Numbered from the stretch's first letter, positions 51,862 through 61,810 are shown. The stretch: DNA of 64,000 nucleotides from Bryobacterales bacterium (GCA_022823865.1 JAJEHF010000065.1:72304-136303), one strand, 5' to 3'. Made by a program: numbers and translations. The notes: generated by a model from the letters alone, not told the origin.

Positions 51862-53196
51862 ATGGCCTCTCACATCCACGATCGAGCGGTGGGCACGCTG
51901 ACGCGAGAGCTCAGCAGGATCGTTTCGCAAGAGGTGCGCGATCCGGCGGTAGTAGCCATCCGAGTGAGCAAGGTCGAGCTTTCGCAAGACAAGCGAAACG
52001 CACACGTCTTGGTGGCGTTCTGGGACCCCAAGGACGGCGAAGAGCCGGGCCGTGAACCGTTGGAAGCCCTCGAGCGCGCGACCCCGTTCATTCGCAAGTC
52101 GCTGGGCCGCAGCTTGCGCATGCGCCACGTGCCGGAACTGCGTTTCTCGTACGATCTGGCCGAGCAGCACACCAGTCGCATTGAGACGCTGCTCAAGGGC
52201 ATTCGCGACGAAAGCAAGAAGGGGCTTGGGGTACTGTTCGCAGCCATCGCCCTGCAAGCAGCCGGGACCGCTGAGGTTTCAGCCCTAGAACGACTCGAAT
52301 CCTCAGCAGCAATCATGGGAAGCGAGTTCCGGATAGCCTGCTACGCCCCTACCAAGAAAGTCGCCGCCGGAGCAGTCACCGCCGCCTTTGACGAAGTTAG
52401 GCGAGTGGATGCCCTGCTGAGCAACTACAAGCAGGACAGCGAATTGAGCAGGGTTAACCGAGAGGCCAGTCGTGGCGAAGTACAGGTGTCGGAGGAACTG
52501 GCAGCACTGCTGGACCGCTGCCTGAGCTACTCCCGTGCAAGCGAGGGTGCCTTCGACATCACCGTCGGGGCCCTAGTCAAGGCTTGGGGGTTCTATGGAG
52601 GCGAGGGCAAGATGCCCCGCCCCTGGACTCTGTGGTGGGCGAGGAGGCACACCGGGTATCAGCACCTGCTGGTGGACCAGGCGAAGGGGACAGTACGGTT
52701 TACGCGGTCGGGCTTGCAGCTGGACCCGGGAGGTATCGGTAAAGGCTATGCAGTGGACCGTGCGATCGCGGCTCTACGAGAGTATGGAGTCGAGACCGCG
52801 CTAGTCAGCTCAGGCGCGAGCAGCATCTATGCGCTAGGAGCGCCGCCCGACAACGCCGATGGCTGGAATCTGGACGTACGGGGAGCCGACGCCAACGACA
52901 GCGAATTCATGACCGTGACACTGAAGAATGAGAGTCTGTCGACCTCCGGCTCCTACGAGAAGTTCTTCGACAAGGACGGCACGCGCTATGGCCATATCCT
53001 CGACCCGCGCACGGGGCAGCCCGCGCTGGGCATGACCGCGGTGTCCGTGATTGGGCCGAACGCGATCGACACGGAGGCCTGGTCGACCGCGCTGTTTGTG
53101 AATGGCGCCAAATGGGCGCGCAAGCATGGCGTCCCGGAGGGGCGGGTGTTGCTCTGCCCCGAGGGCGAGGCTTGCGGCTGGCTCGCCCAGGAGTGA
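51862..53196 (+). CDS. rbfA: RbfA (N-terminal ~120 aa) fused in frame to ApbE FAD:protein FMN transferase
   Basis: RbfA: VRDP..VSKVELSQD..ATPFIR..RHVPELRFSYD; ApbE: IMGS, LSNYKQDSELSRVN, SEGAFDITVG, LDPGGIGKGYAVD, STSGSYE, YGHILDPRTG; no stop between. Confidence 0.85.
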   Translation: MASHIHDRAVGTLTRELSRIVSQEVRDPAVVAIRVSKVELSQDKRNAHVLVAFWDPKDGEEPGREPLEALERATPFIRKSLGRSLRMRHVPELRFSYDLAEQHTSRIETLLKGIRDESKKGLGVLFAAIALQAAGTAEVSALERLESSAAIMGSEFRIACYAPTKKVAAGAVTAAFDEVRRVDALLSNYKQDSELSRVNREASRGEVQVSEELAALLDRCLSYSRASEGAFDITVGALVKAWGFYGGEGKMPRPWTLWWARRHTGYQHLLVDQAKGTVRFTRSGLQLDPGGIGKGYAVDRAIAALREYGVETALVSSGASSIYALGAPPDNADGWNLDVRGADANDSEFMTVTLKNESLSTSGSYEKFFDKDGTRYGHILDPRTGQPALGMTAVSVIGPNAIDTEAWSTALFVNGAKWARKHGVPEGRVLLCPEGEACGWLAQE

Positions 53197-53215
53197 GGCG
53201 GGCGAAGCAGCGGTT

Positions 53216-54241
53216 TTAGTTCAGCTCCGCACTGGCCGGGACGGAGCCAGGCTGCTTGCGGTGCGGGTGGCGGAAGAAGTCGACGGCCGACGCCTTGTGC
53301 ACGCAGGATATCGTGCAGGCTGGGGCGCACGCCTTCGGGGTGCGGTAGGCAGTGCGGATGTCTTCGACGGTGTAATCGGCGAGCGGAATTCCGGGGACGC
53401 CGCGCTGCTGGGAGCAGTAATGCACCAGCCCGTCCTCACAAATGTAGAGGTAGCGGGCTCCGGCCCGGCAGCTCCACTTGTTGACGTTGCCGTGGACTAG
53501 GTTGTCTTGGAAGTACGTTAGGCGGCTGTAGCCACGCTTGGAAAGGGCCTTGACACGCTCGTAGACGCGTCTTTCCACCTTGCCCAGCGGCTTGAGCTGG
53601 CCATCTCCGTCGTGGATTACGCCGACAGTGCTGGTGAAGCCCAGTGCCGTAGCACGCTTGGCAACGGTGTATGCGTCGCCTGGGTTGGGGATGCCGGATC
53701 CGACAACAGAGTTGATGTTGACGTCGAAGTCAGCGTGCTCCGCCAGCATTTCCAGTTTGCGGTCGAGGACGCGCAGACTCTTCATCGAGGTCTGGTCGGG
53801 CTCGACGTTGTCGATGCTGATCTGGAGGTACTCCAAGCCGGCATCGTTGAGCTGCTGAATGCGCGACGGCCCGAGCAAGTAGCCGTTCGTGATCAGGCCG
53901 GCGAGCATGCCGCGGGAGCGGATGTGGCGAATCAAGTCATCCAATTGCGGGTGCAGCATGGGCTCGCCACCGCTCATCGTGATGCAGCTGACGCCGAGAT
54001 CGGCCAAGGCGTCGGCGCGTTCAACCAAGACTTCGAAAGCAACGGGTGAGGAAACGTGGTCGTACTCGTTGCAATAGGCGCAGGCAATGTTGCAACGCCG
54101 GGTCGGAATCATGTGGGCCAAGACCGGATGGTCGGTATCGACCAGCGCCTTGGCGATCATGCGGGCCTCGCGAAGACCGCGATGGAGGCCAAGCATCCTG
54201 CGGCGAAAGCGCGTGCGCATGGGTACAGGTACGGTCGGCAT
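53216..54241 (-). CDS. Radical SAM protein with C-terminal SPASM/twitch-like cysteines
   Basis: CNIACAYC, SGGEPMLH, ITNG, QISID, CRAG..C..C..CTISC. Confidence 0.9.
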   Translation of the reverse strand: MPTVPVPMRTRFRRRMLGLHRGLREARMIAKALVDTDHPVLAHMIPTRRCNIACAYCNEYDHVSSPVAFEVLVERADALADLGVSCITMSGGEPMLHPQLDDLIRHIRSRGMLAGLITNGYLLGPSRIQQLNDAGLEYLQISIDNVEPDQTSMKSLRVLDRKLEMLAEHADFDVNINSVVGSGIPNPGDAYTVAKRATALGFTSTVGVIHDGDGQLKPLGKVERRVYERVKALSKRGYSRLTYFQDNLVHGNVNKWSCRAGARYLYICEDGLVHYCSQQRGVPGIPLADYTVEDIRTAYRTPKACAPACTISCVHKASAVDFFRHPHRKQPGSVPASAELN

Positions 54242-54579
54242 CGCAGTCGCGCGGCAGCAGCGGGCGAGGCTCCCGCATCCGCCTCAACCGTCAATTATAG
54301 GGGCGGAGCAAGGAAACCAAGCGTCCAGGGGTGCATAGCCATCAGGCTTGCTCCCCTTCGGGAGCATGGTGTAAAGCTAGGGAATTATGTACGAAAGTGG
54401 CGCTAGGGATGTTATCCTGTAGTCATGAAGCCAAACGGTGAATGTCGGGCGGGAAATGCGGTCAAGACCGTTCCCGGCAGCACGCTAACGTGGGCGGTTG
54501 CGCCGTGCGTTGTGCCAGAACCGTGTGCGATGGTGTTTCACCACTTTCGTACATAATTCCCTACAGTTAGGTCTTAGAA

Positions 54580-54655
54580 GCGGGAGTAACTCAGTTGGTA
54601 GAGTGCGACCTTGCCAAGGTCGATGTCGCGGGTTCGAGTCCCGTCTCCCGCTCCA
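54580..54655 (+). tRNA. tRNA-Gly(GCC)
   Basis: GCGGGAG..CGACC-TTGCCAA-GGTCG..GGTTCGAGTCC..CTCCCGC-T-CCA. Confidence 0.97.
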
Positions 54656-54688
54656 TGCTCGGGAAGGCTTCAGGCAAGCCGAGGTTTC

Positions 54689-54763
<75 letters not shown>

Positions 54764-55411
54764 GGCTCTAACCCCTTGGGTAGGCAGTAGTTCCCTGTGT
54801 TTTCAATGACTTATGTGAGCCAAGCCACATTCAGAAGTCTCAGCGTTCGGGAGCATTCACGAGCATTCGAGGCCATTCGCGAGCACTGAAAACGGAAAAA
54901 ATGGTCCGAATATGGTCCGGCGTAGCAAACGAATCCTGCCCGGTGCGGCCACATAGCGACGTGCGTGAGGAGACACATGCAGGCGTGCTATTCACCTCCG
55001 TGCCACGCCGATACGCTGGGATCAAGAGACAAGTCCACGTTGATGCGGGCGACACTAACGGTGCGCTCCTTTGAAGAAGGTGAGTGTCGCGTCATTTGCG
55101 ATGAGACACTCAAGGAACTGGCGCTTGCTACCAGCAACTCCCCGAGCGCACTAGCGTGCGGAACGCCCATGCTGGCGGGTCCCACGATCGCTGGGTGCCC
55201 AGATCAGCCCCTTCAACCGTCTGAACACGGCCTCGAATCTGTCGAGCGCATCGTCCAACCCCGGAAGTTCGTCGATTTGGTCCGGCGGCAGTCGGTTTAG
55301 GTGCTGTGTGCGGGGAGGTAGTGCTTAACCCTCTCGTCGCCATCCAGATCGCGCTCGCCGGCCACCCTGCCGACACGGTCAATGAACATACTGGACCGCC
55401 CCTAGCAGGCT

Positions 55412-56350
55412 GTGGCCTACGACGGCACGACGCTGGACCTGCCGGACGAGGAACGCAACCGGGAGGAGTTCGGGCTGCCAGGCGCGAGGCGCGGGCAGGC
55501 GGGCTTCCCAAAGGCGCGCGTGACGGCGCTGCTGGAACTGGGCAGGCGGGCAGCCTTCGCGTGGGAGCACGGCCCGTACCGGGAGTCGGAACGCAAGCAG
55601 AGGCCGAGCGCCTGCACCGGCACTTGCCGCCGGGGATGCTGCTGGCCGACCGGGGCTACCTCTGGGCCGACCTGTGGTTGTCGGCGGTGCGCAGCGGGGC
55701 CGACCTGCTGTGGCGCGTCCGTGCGGACACGCAGTTGCCGCCGAGCCAGGTCTTGGCCGACGGCTCGTTCCCCAGCTAGTTCGCCGGTGCGCCGGCGCGG
55801 GTCGTCGAATACATGCTCAGGGAGGCGGACGGGGAACTGTACCGGCTGCTGACGACTCTGCGCGACCCGCGGGCTGCCCCGGCCGCCGAGTTGGCTGCGC
55901 TGTATCACGAACGCTGGGAGATCGAGACGGCCTACGACGAGATCAAGACGCACCTGCTGGGGCGGCCTCCGCTCCTTCGCGGCAAGAAGCCCGAACTGGT
56001 GCGCCAGGAGATCGAGGGCCTGATGCTGGCCCACTACGCAGTGCAGCGCTTCCCGCACGAGGTTCCCCGGCAGGCCGACCAAGACCCTGACCGACTCTCG
56101 TTTCTACATGCCGTACAAGTCGTGCGCCGCCGGATCCAGAATCCCGGCGCTCCCCCCTGCGCGCCGCCAGCGGGCGCTTGAACGGGCGGTCTTGGAGGAG
56201 ATCCTCGAGGAGCGGGCCGAGTCCAATCCCGGCCAAGCCAAGCCGCGCGGCGTGAAACGGAAGATGAGCAAGTTCAAGATCCGGCACCGCGAACCGCTGT
56301 CGAGAGAAGTCCATCCGTGGGAGCCAGAAATCGCAGCTCCATGTCCTTAA
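55412..56350 (+). pseudogene. IS4-family transposase, 5'-truncated, with frameshifts and internal stop
   Basis: AYDGTTLDLPD, GFPKAR, LLADRGY, RLLTTL, LYHERWEIETAYDEIK, VRQEIEGL spread over several frames; TAG at 55777-55779. Confidence 0.88.
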
Positions 56351-56374
56351 GAAAAGAGTCTTGAAGCGAAACGG

Positions 56375-56825
56375 GTGGAGGGGAACCGGGAGCGCGTGAC
56401 GAGCACGGCAGGCAAGCGCCTACAAGAGCTGCGGACGGAGAAGGGAGCGGTCGATGGCCCACATGTACGGGACAGACGGGATGCGAAGGCTGTACTTGCG
56501 GGGGCGGGCGAACATTCGCAAGCGGCTGCTGGTGCATGCCTGCGGGTTCAATCTGGGGGTGCTGATAACGTCGGTCAACGGGGCCGGCACGCCCTGCACA
56601 CTGCAGCGGCAGGACTGCCAGCCAACGGCCAACCTTGGCTTCACCGTTTGTTTGCCATTCCGGGATGCCTGGAGCGGCCTGCTGGGCATGTACAGGGGCC
56701 TCTTGGGCCTCAGACGGGGAGAAAGGCTGGAATTTGCCGAAAAACTCGCATAGGCCGTCGAAGGACCACCAAGCAAGGCCACCGACCGACGTGGTCGGCA
56801 AAGCTACTAAAGCCACAGGCTGCTA
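56375..56825 (+). pseudogene. IS1182/IS5-like transposase C-terminal remnant with terminal IR
   Basis: AHMYGTDGMRRLYLRGRANIRKRLLVHACGFNLG..GTP; end GCCACAGGCTGCTA at 56812-56825. Confidence 0.7.
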
Positions 56826-56912
56826 ACAGTGGCCTGAGGGGTTACTCCGATCGTTCTCAATTAGCAGTGAGGATCTTTGATATCATCAACAGTGAGAGGA
56901 GCAGATATCTCC

Positions 56913-57836
56913 GTGAAACAGATCACTAGGAATCAACACTTCGTTCCGGAGTTTTATCTCAAGAAATTTGCAAGCGAGGGTAAGATTGAAGTCCTCGATA
57001 TAAAGGCGGAACGAATCGGAAAACCCCGCAGCTATACGTCAGTCTGCTATAAAGAGTTCTTCTACGCCGTCGATACTGGTATTCAGGATGATGTCAGCCA
57101 AGCATTTGAAGATATGTTTGGCCGCATCGAGAATGTGATTGCGAAGGCTCTACCACAAATCATCGAACGGGCAATCAATCTACAGCTAACCAACAGCGAC
57201 TTAGACACGCTCGCGTATTTTATGAGCATCCAATGGCTCCGGACTGCTTTCTTTCGAGAAAGGATGCAGCAGATGCTGGGGGATTTAATGAAGCAGATGT
57301 TCAAAAAGGTAGTCAGCCTTCCGGGGTTTCAAGACTTCATCCGTGACACAGACAAAGGACACGACATGTCAGATGAACAGATAGAGAAGATGAAACACTT
57401 CCTCCAGTCCGACAACTACAGCATTCGCTTCAACAACTATCAACATCTGAAATTCATGGGGCAGGAGCAGATCCATGGGTTTCACAATTGCCTATTGGGG
57501 AAGAAGTGGCAGATCATCCTCTTGAAGCCCCCCTACCACTTCATAACATCTGACAACCCAGTTGCGGAATGGATGCCCCCTAGAAGAGGGATCTTTGGCC
57601 CGTCCTTCATGGAACGGCTACACCTTCTCGCTCTCACACCTACCATTTTAATTGTGACTGACAAGCCTGACAGGACCGACATCGAGGAACCGCCGGTTGA
57701 TCGCCTTTCGTATAACACTACCGACGAGAATGGAGTCTTGATGTTCAACAGGATGCTCGCTGACCACGCACACCGGTTTGCCTACGCGTACAAAAGAGAC
57801 GAACTAGAGCAAATTCTAGATGGATTAGGGAATTAG
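56913..57836 (+). CDS. DUF4238-domain protein (family linked to anti-phage defence)
   Basis: NQHFVPEFYLKKF, FFY, FITSDNPV; AT-rich; SD AGGAG before GTG. Confidence 0.85.
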   Translation: MKQITRNQHFVPEFYLKKFASEGKIEVLDIKAERIGKPRSYTSVCYKEFFYAVDTGIQDDVSQAFEDMFGRIENVIAKALPQIIERAINLQLTNSDLDTLAYFMSIQWLRTAFFRERMQQMLGDLMKQMFKKVVSLPGFQDFIRDTDKGHDMSDEQIEKMKHFLQSDNYSIRFNNYQHLKFMGQEQIHGFHNCLLGKKWQIILLKPPYHFITSDNPVAEWMPPRRGIFGPSFMERLHLLALTPTILIVTDKPDRTDIEEPPVDRLSYNTTDENGVLMFNRMLADHAHRFAYAYKRDELEQILDGLGN

Positions 57837-57862
57837 TAGCAATTCTTGCATCTCGATTGTGT

Positions 57863-58018
57863 TTATTGCTGGACTGGTCTTTCAAGGAATCGAGCCTGAA
57901 CTATCGTTCCCGTAGAGGAGTTGTAGTGGCTGTAACGCCGTTGTAGGTCTTCAAGGTGGTCTATTCCACCTCTGGGCCTAGTCACGATGTGATCGACTGT
58001 CAGGTCCTGAAACCAGAA
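57863..58018 (-). pseudogene. Degenerate HNH endonuclease fragment
   Basis: Manual translation FWFQDLTVDHIVTRPRGGIDHLEDLQRRYSHYNSSTG.. versus HNH pattern VDHIVP..GG.D..NLQLLC..CN..KG. Confidence 0.62.
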
Positions 58019-58628
58019 AGAGTCGCCGAGTTCAGCTCTTGGAGGTTCGGATTAGGCTTCGATACATTGTTGATTAGCGATGTCAATGAATCGCGCTGAG
58101 ACTCGGGCTTTCTGGGCTACGGGGGGCAGCAGCTAGCAACCTGTTCGGCACGGCGACTCGAGAAGAGGTCAGGTTGCATGGCAGGCAGGCCGTGTGGATG
58201 CAGTCCCTGCCGGTGCAAGCGTCCAATCCGGTGCTCAGTTGGCCCAAGAAACACCGGTGCGGCGACGACTTCAGGCGCTCACCAACCAGTCCAGTCAGAG
58301 GTACGTTGTTCCCGAAAAGGATGGATTGTCGGAACGATGCTGGCAGCCCGAGCTAGGGGAAATGTGACAAGTTTCATGGAAAGAAATCTGGGGGTCTCGG
58401 GCTCGAATTCTAGGTGATGCCTAGCTCTAACCCAATGTTTGACAGGCAGTTACGTCTCGCACAAGCTCCTGTCTCCACCCACCGATGTGACGAACTCTGA
58501 TACTAGCCAAAGTTCTCAACGATAGTCCCGCGGATCTTTGGCGACTAGGGTTCGTGCACGGTCACCCCGGACACTGGGTCCCGAGCCACCGCGATTCGTA
58601 TTCAGCGGCCCAGCGTTCGGTTCAAGGT

Positions 58629-58952
58629 TCAGGCGGGGTCCCTAGCAGATTGCTTGCCCGAGGCCCTTCCCCGCGAAATGATCGGTGTCAGGACCAACGC
58701 TGGGCTAGTCGGAGCGCTCTGCATTGCCTCAGCCTCGATGGTTCGAACCTTATCTCTCGGCAGGTTCCAGAACTCCGCCACCGCTGAGAGCGGAATCGAG
58801 ATCCCGACTCGGTCGCCGATCAGGATCGTTTCAACTCGCAGCCGCTTGTGCCTGATCGCATCTCGCACAGTTTCCTTCGGCACATTCACCATCCGGGCCA
58901 CCCCGGCAACCGAAAACAGCAACTCGGAATTAGTCATTCTTGGTACGGCCAT
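58629..58952 (-). CDS. Small HTH (excisionase/MerR-like) DNA-binding protein
   Basis: SD AAAGGAGG; FSVAGVARMVNVPKETVRDAIRHKRL. Confidence 0.65.
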   Translation of the reverse strand: MAVPRMTNSELLFSVAGVARMVNVPKETVRDAIRHKRLRVETILIGDRVGISIPLSAVAEFWNLPRDKVRTIEAEAMQSAPTSPALVLTPIISRGRASGKQSARDPA

Positions 58953-58971
58953 CACTCGTCCTCCTTTGGTG

Positions 58972-60078
58972 TCACTCGCTCGTTCCTGAAGAAGCCCAGA
59001 TCACTTTGTCGAAGCGCTCCATTGCCCTGTCCATGCGAGGCTGCCTGTCGTTGACATACCGAAGAACGGTCCGCAGGTCCGAGTGCCCCAGAACTTCCTT
59101 CAGAGCGACCAAATCCTTGGTCGCGTCATAAAACCAAGTCGCGAATGTGTGCCTTAGTGAATACAGGCTGAAGGGAGGGACAGCACCATCAACCGCCCTT
59201 AGAACACGCTCGTGCACTCCAATGAGACCGGAATATGTCAACGGCAGGTCAGGATCGCCGGCTCTCGCGCTTTCGTTATCGGCCCGTCTCGAAAACACCC
59301 ACGGTCCGCGAGCATTGGTGATGCGCTCGGCCAGAATCCGCTTGGATTCTCCGGTGAGTCGCAGCGTTCGCTTCCCGGCCCTCGTCTTGGAGTTCCTGAT
59401 ATGGAGCAGCCCTTGATCGAGGTCAACGTCCTCAACACGGATCTGCAAGGCCTCGGAATCCGGCCTGAGGCCCAGATTGAGCATGAGGCGGGCAACATCC
59501 CCAAGCGAGTGATGCCTGTCGGCCTGCTCGAGGTATTCGGATGCCTCTTCATGCGTTAACACCAGTTCGTTCCTCGAGTCACGGTCGCTGGGAACGTCGA
59601 TGCCAACGAACGGATCCTCTTCGAGCCATCGGTGGTCCAGCGCGAACCGTGCGCATTGACGGCCGGCAAGAAAGTCCTTCCGGAGAGTGACTTCGAGCCG
59701 TCCCGTCTGGCGTCTCCAAGTCAAGTAATCGAGCACGTCTGCGCGCTTCCAGGTAGAGATGGCCCGCTGGCCCATGAATTCCATCCAGCTCGTGAGCGAC
59801 GTAGCAATACGCCTCGCCGTAGCGGGCTTGTCACGGTGCTTTGCTTCCTTGTGAGCGAGGTAGTGCTCGACAGCCTTCGCGAACGCAACATGCTTGATCG
59901 GCTCGGGCTCGCCCAACTGCACACGGAGCCTATGCGCGTCTCTTAGCTTCCTGGCGGCTCCGAGGTTTTCTCTTGTAGCTTCGAGTCCAGTCACGACCAC
60001 TACGCGTGGCTGGCCGTGGACCTGAAACCGGTATCTCCAGCGACCGTCCTTGGCGTCTATGCCCGGAGCTCCCTTCAT
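58972..60078 (-). CDS. Tyrosine recombinase/integrase
   Basis: Arm-binding-like WRYRFQVHG; GLRPDSE, KT, YSLRHTFAT, LGHSD, RY; start uncertain (ORF open to 60132). Confidence 0.92.
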   Translation of the reverse strand: MKGAPGIDAKDGRWRYRFQVHGQPRVVVVTGLEATRENLGAARKLRDAHRLRVQLGEPEPIKHVAFAKAVEHYLAHKEAKHRDKPATARRIATSLTSWMEFMGQRAISTWKRADVLDYLTWRRQTGRLEVTLRKDFLAGRQCARFALDHRWLEEDPFVGIDVPSDRDSRNELVLTHEEASEYLEQADRHHSLGDVARLMLNLGLRPDSEALQIRVEDVDLDQGLLHIRNSKTRAGKRTLRLTGESKRILAERITNARGPWVFSRRADNESARAGDPDLPLTYSGLIGVHERVLRAVDGAVPPFSLYSLRHTFATWFYDATKDLVALKEVLGHSDLRTVLRYVNDRQPRMDRAMERFDKVIWASSGTSE

Positions 60079-60271
60079 CTTGTTGACTTGCTTGTTTGCT
60101 CTTGGCAATGATCCATTCCTCCAATAGTCCAAGGTGATAGCGCGGGAAGCGGCCGATCTTCGCGCAAGGTGGCCCCTGACCGGCCAACCGGAGCCGTCGC
60201 AACGAGTGCTCGGAGATCCCCAGCACGCTTGCAGCTTCGGCTTCGGTCGTCAGGCTGGCCACGGTAGTCAT
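59930..60271 (-). CDS. AlpA/Xis-like HTH protein whose frame runs into the integrase gene
   Basis: SD GGAGG; TEAEAASVLGISEHSLRRLRLAGQGPP..KIGRFPRY..LEEWI. Confidence 0.78.
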   Translation of the reverse strand: MTTVASLTTEAEAASVLGISEHSLRRLRLAGQGPPCAKIGRFPRYHLGLLEEWIIAKSKQASQQDEGSSGHRRQGRSLEIPVSGPRPATRSGRDWTRSYKRKPRSRQEAKRRA

Positions 60272-60563
60272 CGTGCGGCAACCTCCCAAGGCACACCGTG
60301 TGAAACGCGGTGTCTCTTACGTGAACCGAACACGGTCAAACCCGCCTCGATCTGAATTCGATTGCACTCAAGGGAATGGACCGCCGAACTCTTTCCTGGC
60401 TGAGACCGGGTGAGTTCATCTATCCCGAGGCGACACCAAGAATCTCGATGCGCAAGCCGAGTCCCCGCCGAGTCGCGCTGCCAAATGGACACTGCGCAAT
60501 CCGATACGACACCGATATCGGTCGCGCGTGACTGATTCCAGATCCTGATTCGCTCGTTCACTA

Positions 60564-60578
60564 TTGAATTAGATTCAA
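60564..60578. promoter_or_regulatory. Candidate repressor operator O1
   Basis: Perfect palindrome TTGAAT-TAG-ATTCAA. Confidence 0.6.
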
Positions 60579-60955
60579 GTTCTTGCCGTTAGGTTACATG
60601 TTTCCGGGGTTTTTTCCTATTTTCTTTGCCTCAATCCCGCAGCCGAGCACGGGGTAGATTGGTATTGCATGCCCGCCATGCACAAGATGCTACCGATGAC
60701 ACACGCGCTTCTCAAAGCTGTGCTGTGGGGTGGCTTGGCTGGGCGAGTAGCCCCTTAACGTCTGTTGATCCTGCGTAAGTCTAAGCAAATGCCGTGCGCT
60801 GAAGAGCGACCAGTCCCCGACTTGACTGAGCAGTAGCTCGGAGTCTCAGCGCCTCAACGGCACATCCGCCGAAGCCACAGCGACAGCAGGCAGCGAGACT
60901 TCGACCACCAAGCATGTCGGTGTCAGTCGTGGCGATCGCAGGGCCAGCATGATGA

Positions 60956-60997
60956 TGAATTCTATTCAAAGTTTCAGTTGCGACGCGTTGCTACACT
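60956..60997 (+). promoter_or_regulatory. Candidate operator O2 plus extended -10 of the repressor gene
   Basis: TGAAT-TCT-ATTCAA (60956-60969); TG-c-TACACT (60989-60997), 7 nt before ATG. Confidence 0.6.
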
Positions 60998-61004
60998 CAA
61001 GAAC

Positions 61005-61646
61005 ATGCTCGGGGATCGCTTAGCCCAGTCGCGAAAGCGAAACGGATGGTCCCAAGGGCGTCTCGCCTCTGCGATGGGGGATCGATACGACGGGTCGATG
61101 ATCTCCCATGTCGAGGCTGGCCGCTCGACACTTCACTTCGATGGCTTGGTGAAAGCAGCCCGAGCGCTGGACGTCTCGATCGACTATCTTGCGGGCCTTA
61201 CCGAAGACCCCACACCGGCAGATGATCGATCCCCCTCGAACACTTCCACACTGCAGCGGGTGCCGTTACGAGAGGTTGCTGACAGCGAGGGACGGAGAAC
61301 GGATCTCGCGTCCGCGCCTCCGATAGGGCATCTCGCGTTTCGCCGTGAGTGGATGGAGACACACCGGATCAGTCCCGACAACTGCAGCGCAATCGAGGTT
61401 CTGGACGACTTGATGGAGCCGACGATTCAAGTGGGGGCATGGGTCTTGGTGGACCATCGGCGAACGATCCGCCAAGGGAGCAGCATTTTCGCCGTGAATC
61501 TTGGGGACGACTTGTATGTCAGGCGGGCAGTCTACTCCGACGAGGATTGGTTGCTTGTCGGCGACAACCCCAAGTGTGAGACCTTGGCGTGGCCACGGGA
61601 AGCTAGGGTGCTGGGTCAGGTGGTGTGGATGGGGAGGCTTCTGTGA
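61005..61646 (+). CDS. CI/LexA-like repressor (XRE HTH + S24-like domain)
   Basis: LGDRLAQSRKRNGWSQGRLA..ISHVEAG..ALDVSIDYLAG; MEPTI..VLVD..LVGDNP..VLGQVVW. Confidence 0.9.
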   Translation: MLGDRLAQSRKRNGWSQGRLASAMGDRYDGSMISHVEAGRSTLHFDGLVKAARALDVSIDYLAGLTEDPTPADDRSPSNTSTLQRVPLREVADSEGRRTDLASAPPIGHLAFRREWMETHRISPDNCSAIEVLDDLMEPTIQVGAWVLVDHRRTIRQGSSIFAVNLGDDLYVRRAVYSDEDWLLVGDNPKCETLAWPREARVLGQVVWMGRLL

Positions 61647-61810
61647 GTTAGTTGCGTCGCCCTAGCAATGTTCCAGACTCTACGGCGGCTCCTGAATTGG
61701 AATCGCAACCCGGGCACAGGAAGCCGAGGCCAGCACACCACGCCTCCTTTCACTCGGGAATCATGGCTTGACCCGTCGGTCGGCGGCTCGTTGCTGAATG
61801 CGCTGATCTC

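Noticed and set aside
53216-54241. Assignment of the radical SAM protein to HpnH or a RiPP maturase
   Set aside because: No hopanoid genes or precursor peptide adjacent; diagnostic motifs not recognised
58350-58510. att site of the integrase (two ATGTGAC copies, IHF-like AT tracts)
   Set aside because: No core direct repeat could be paired within the window
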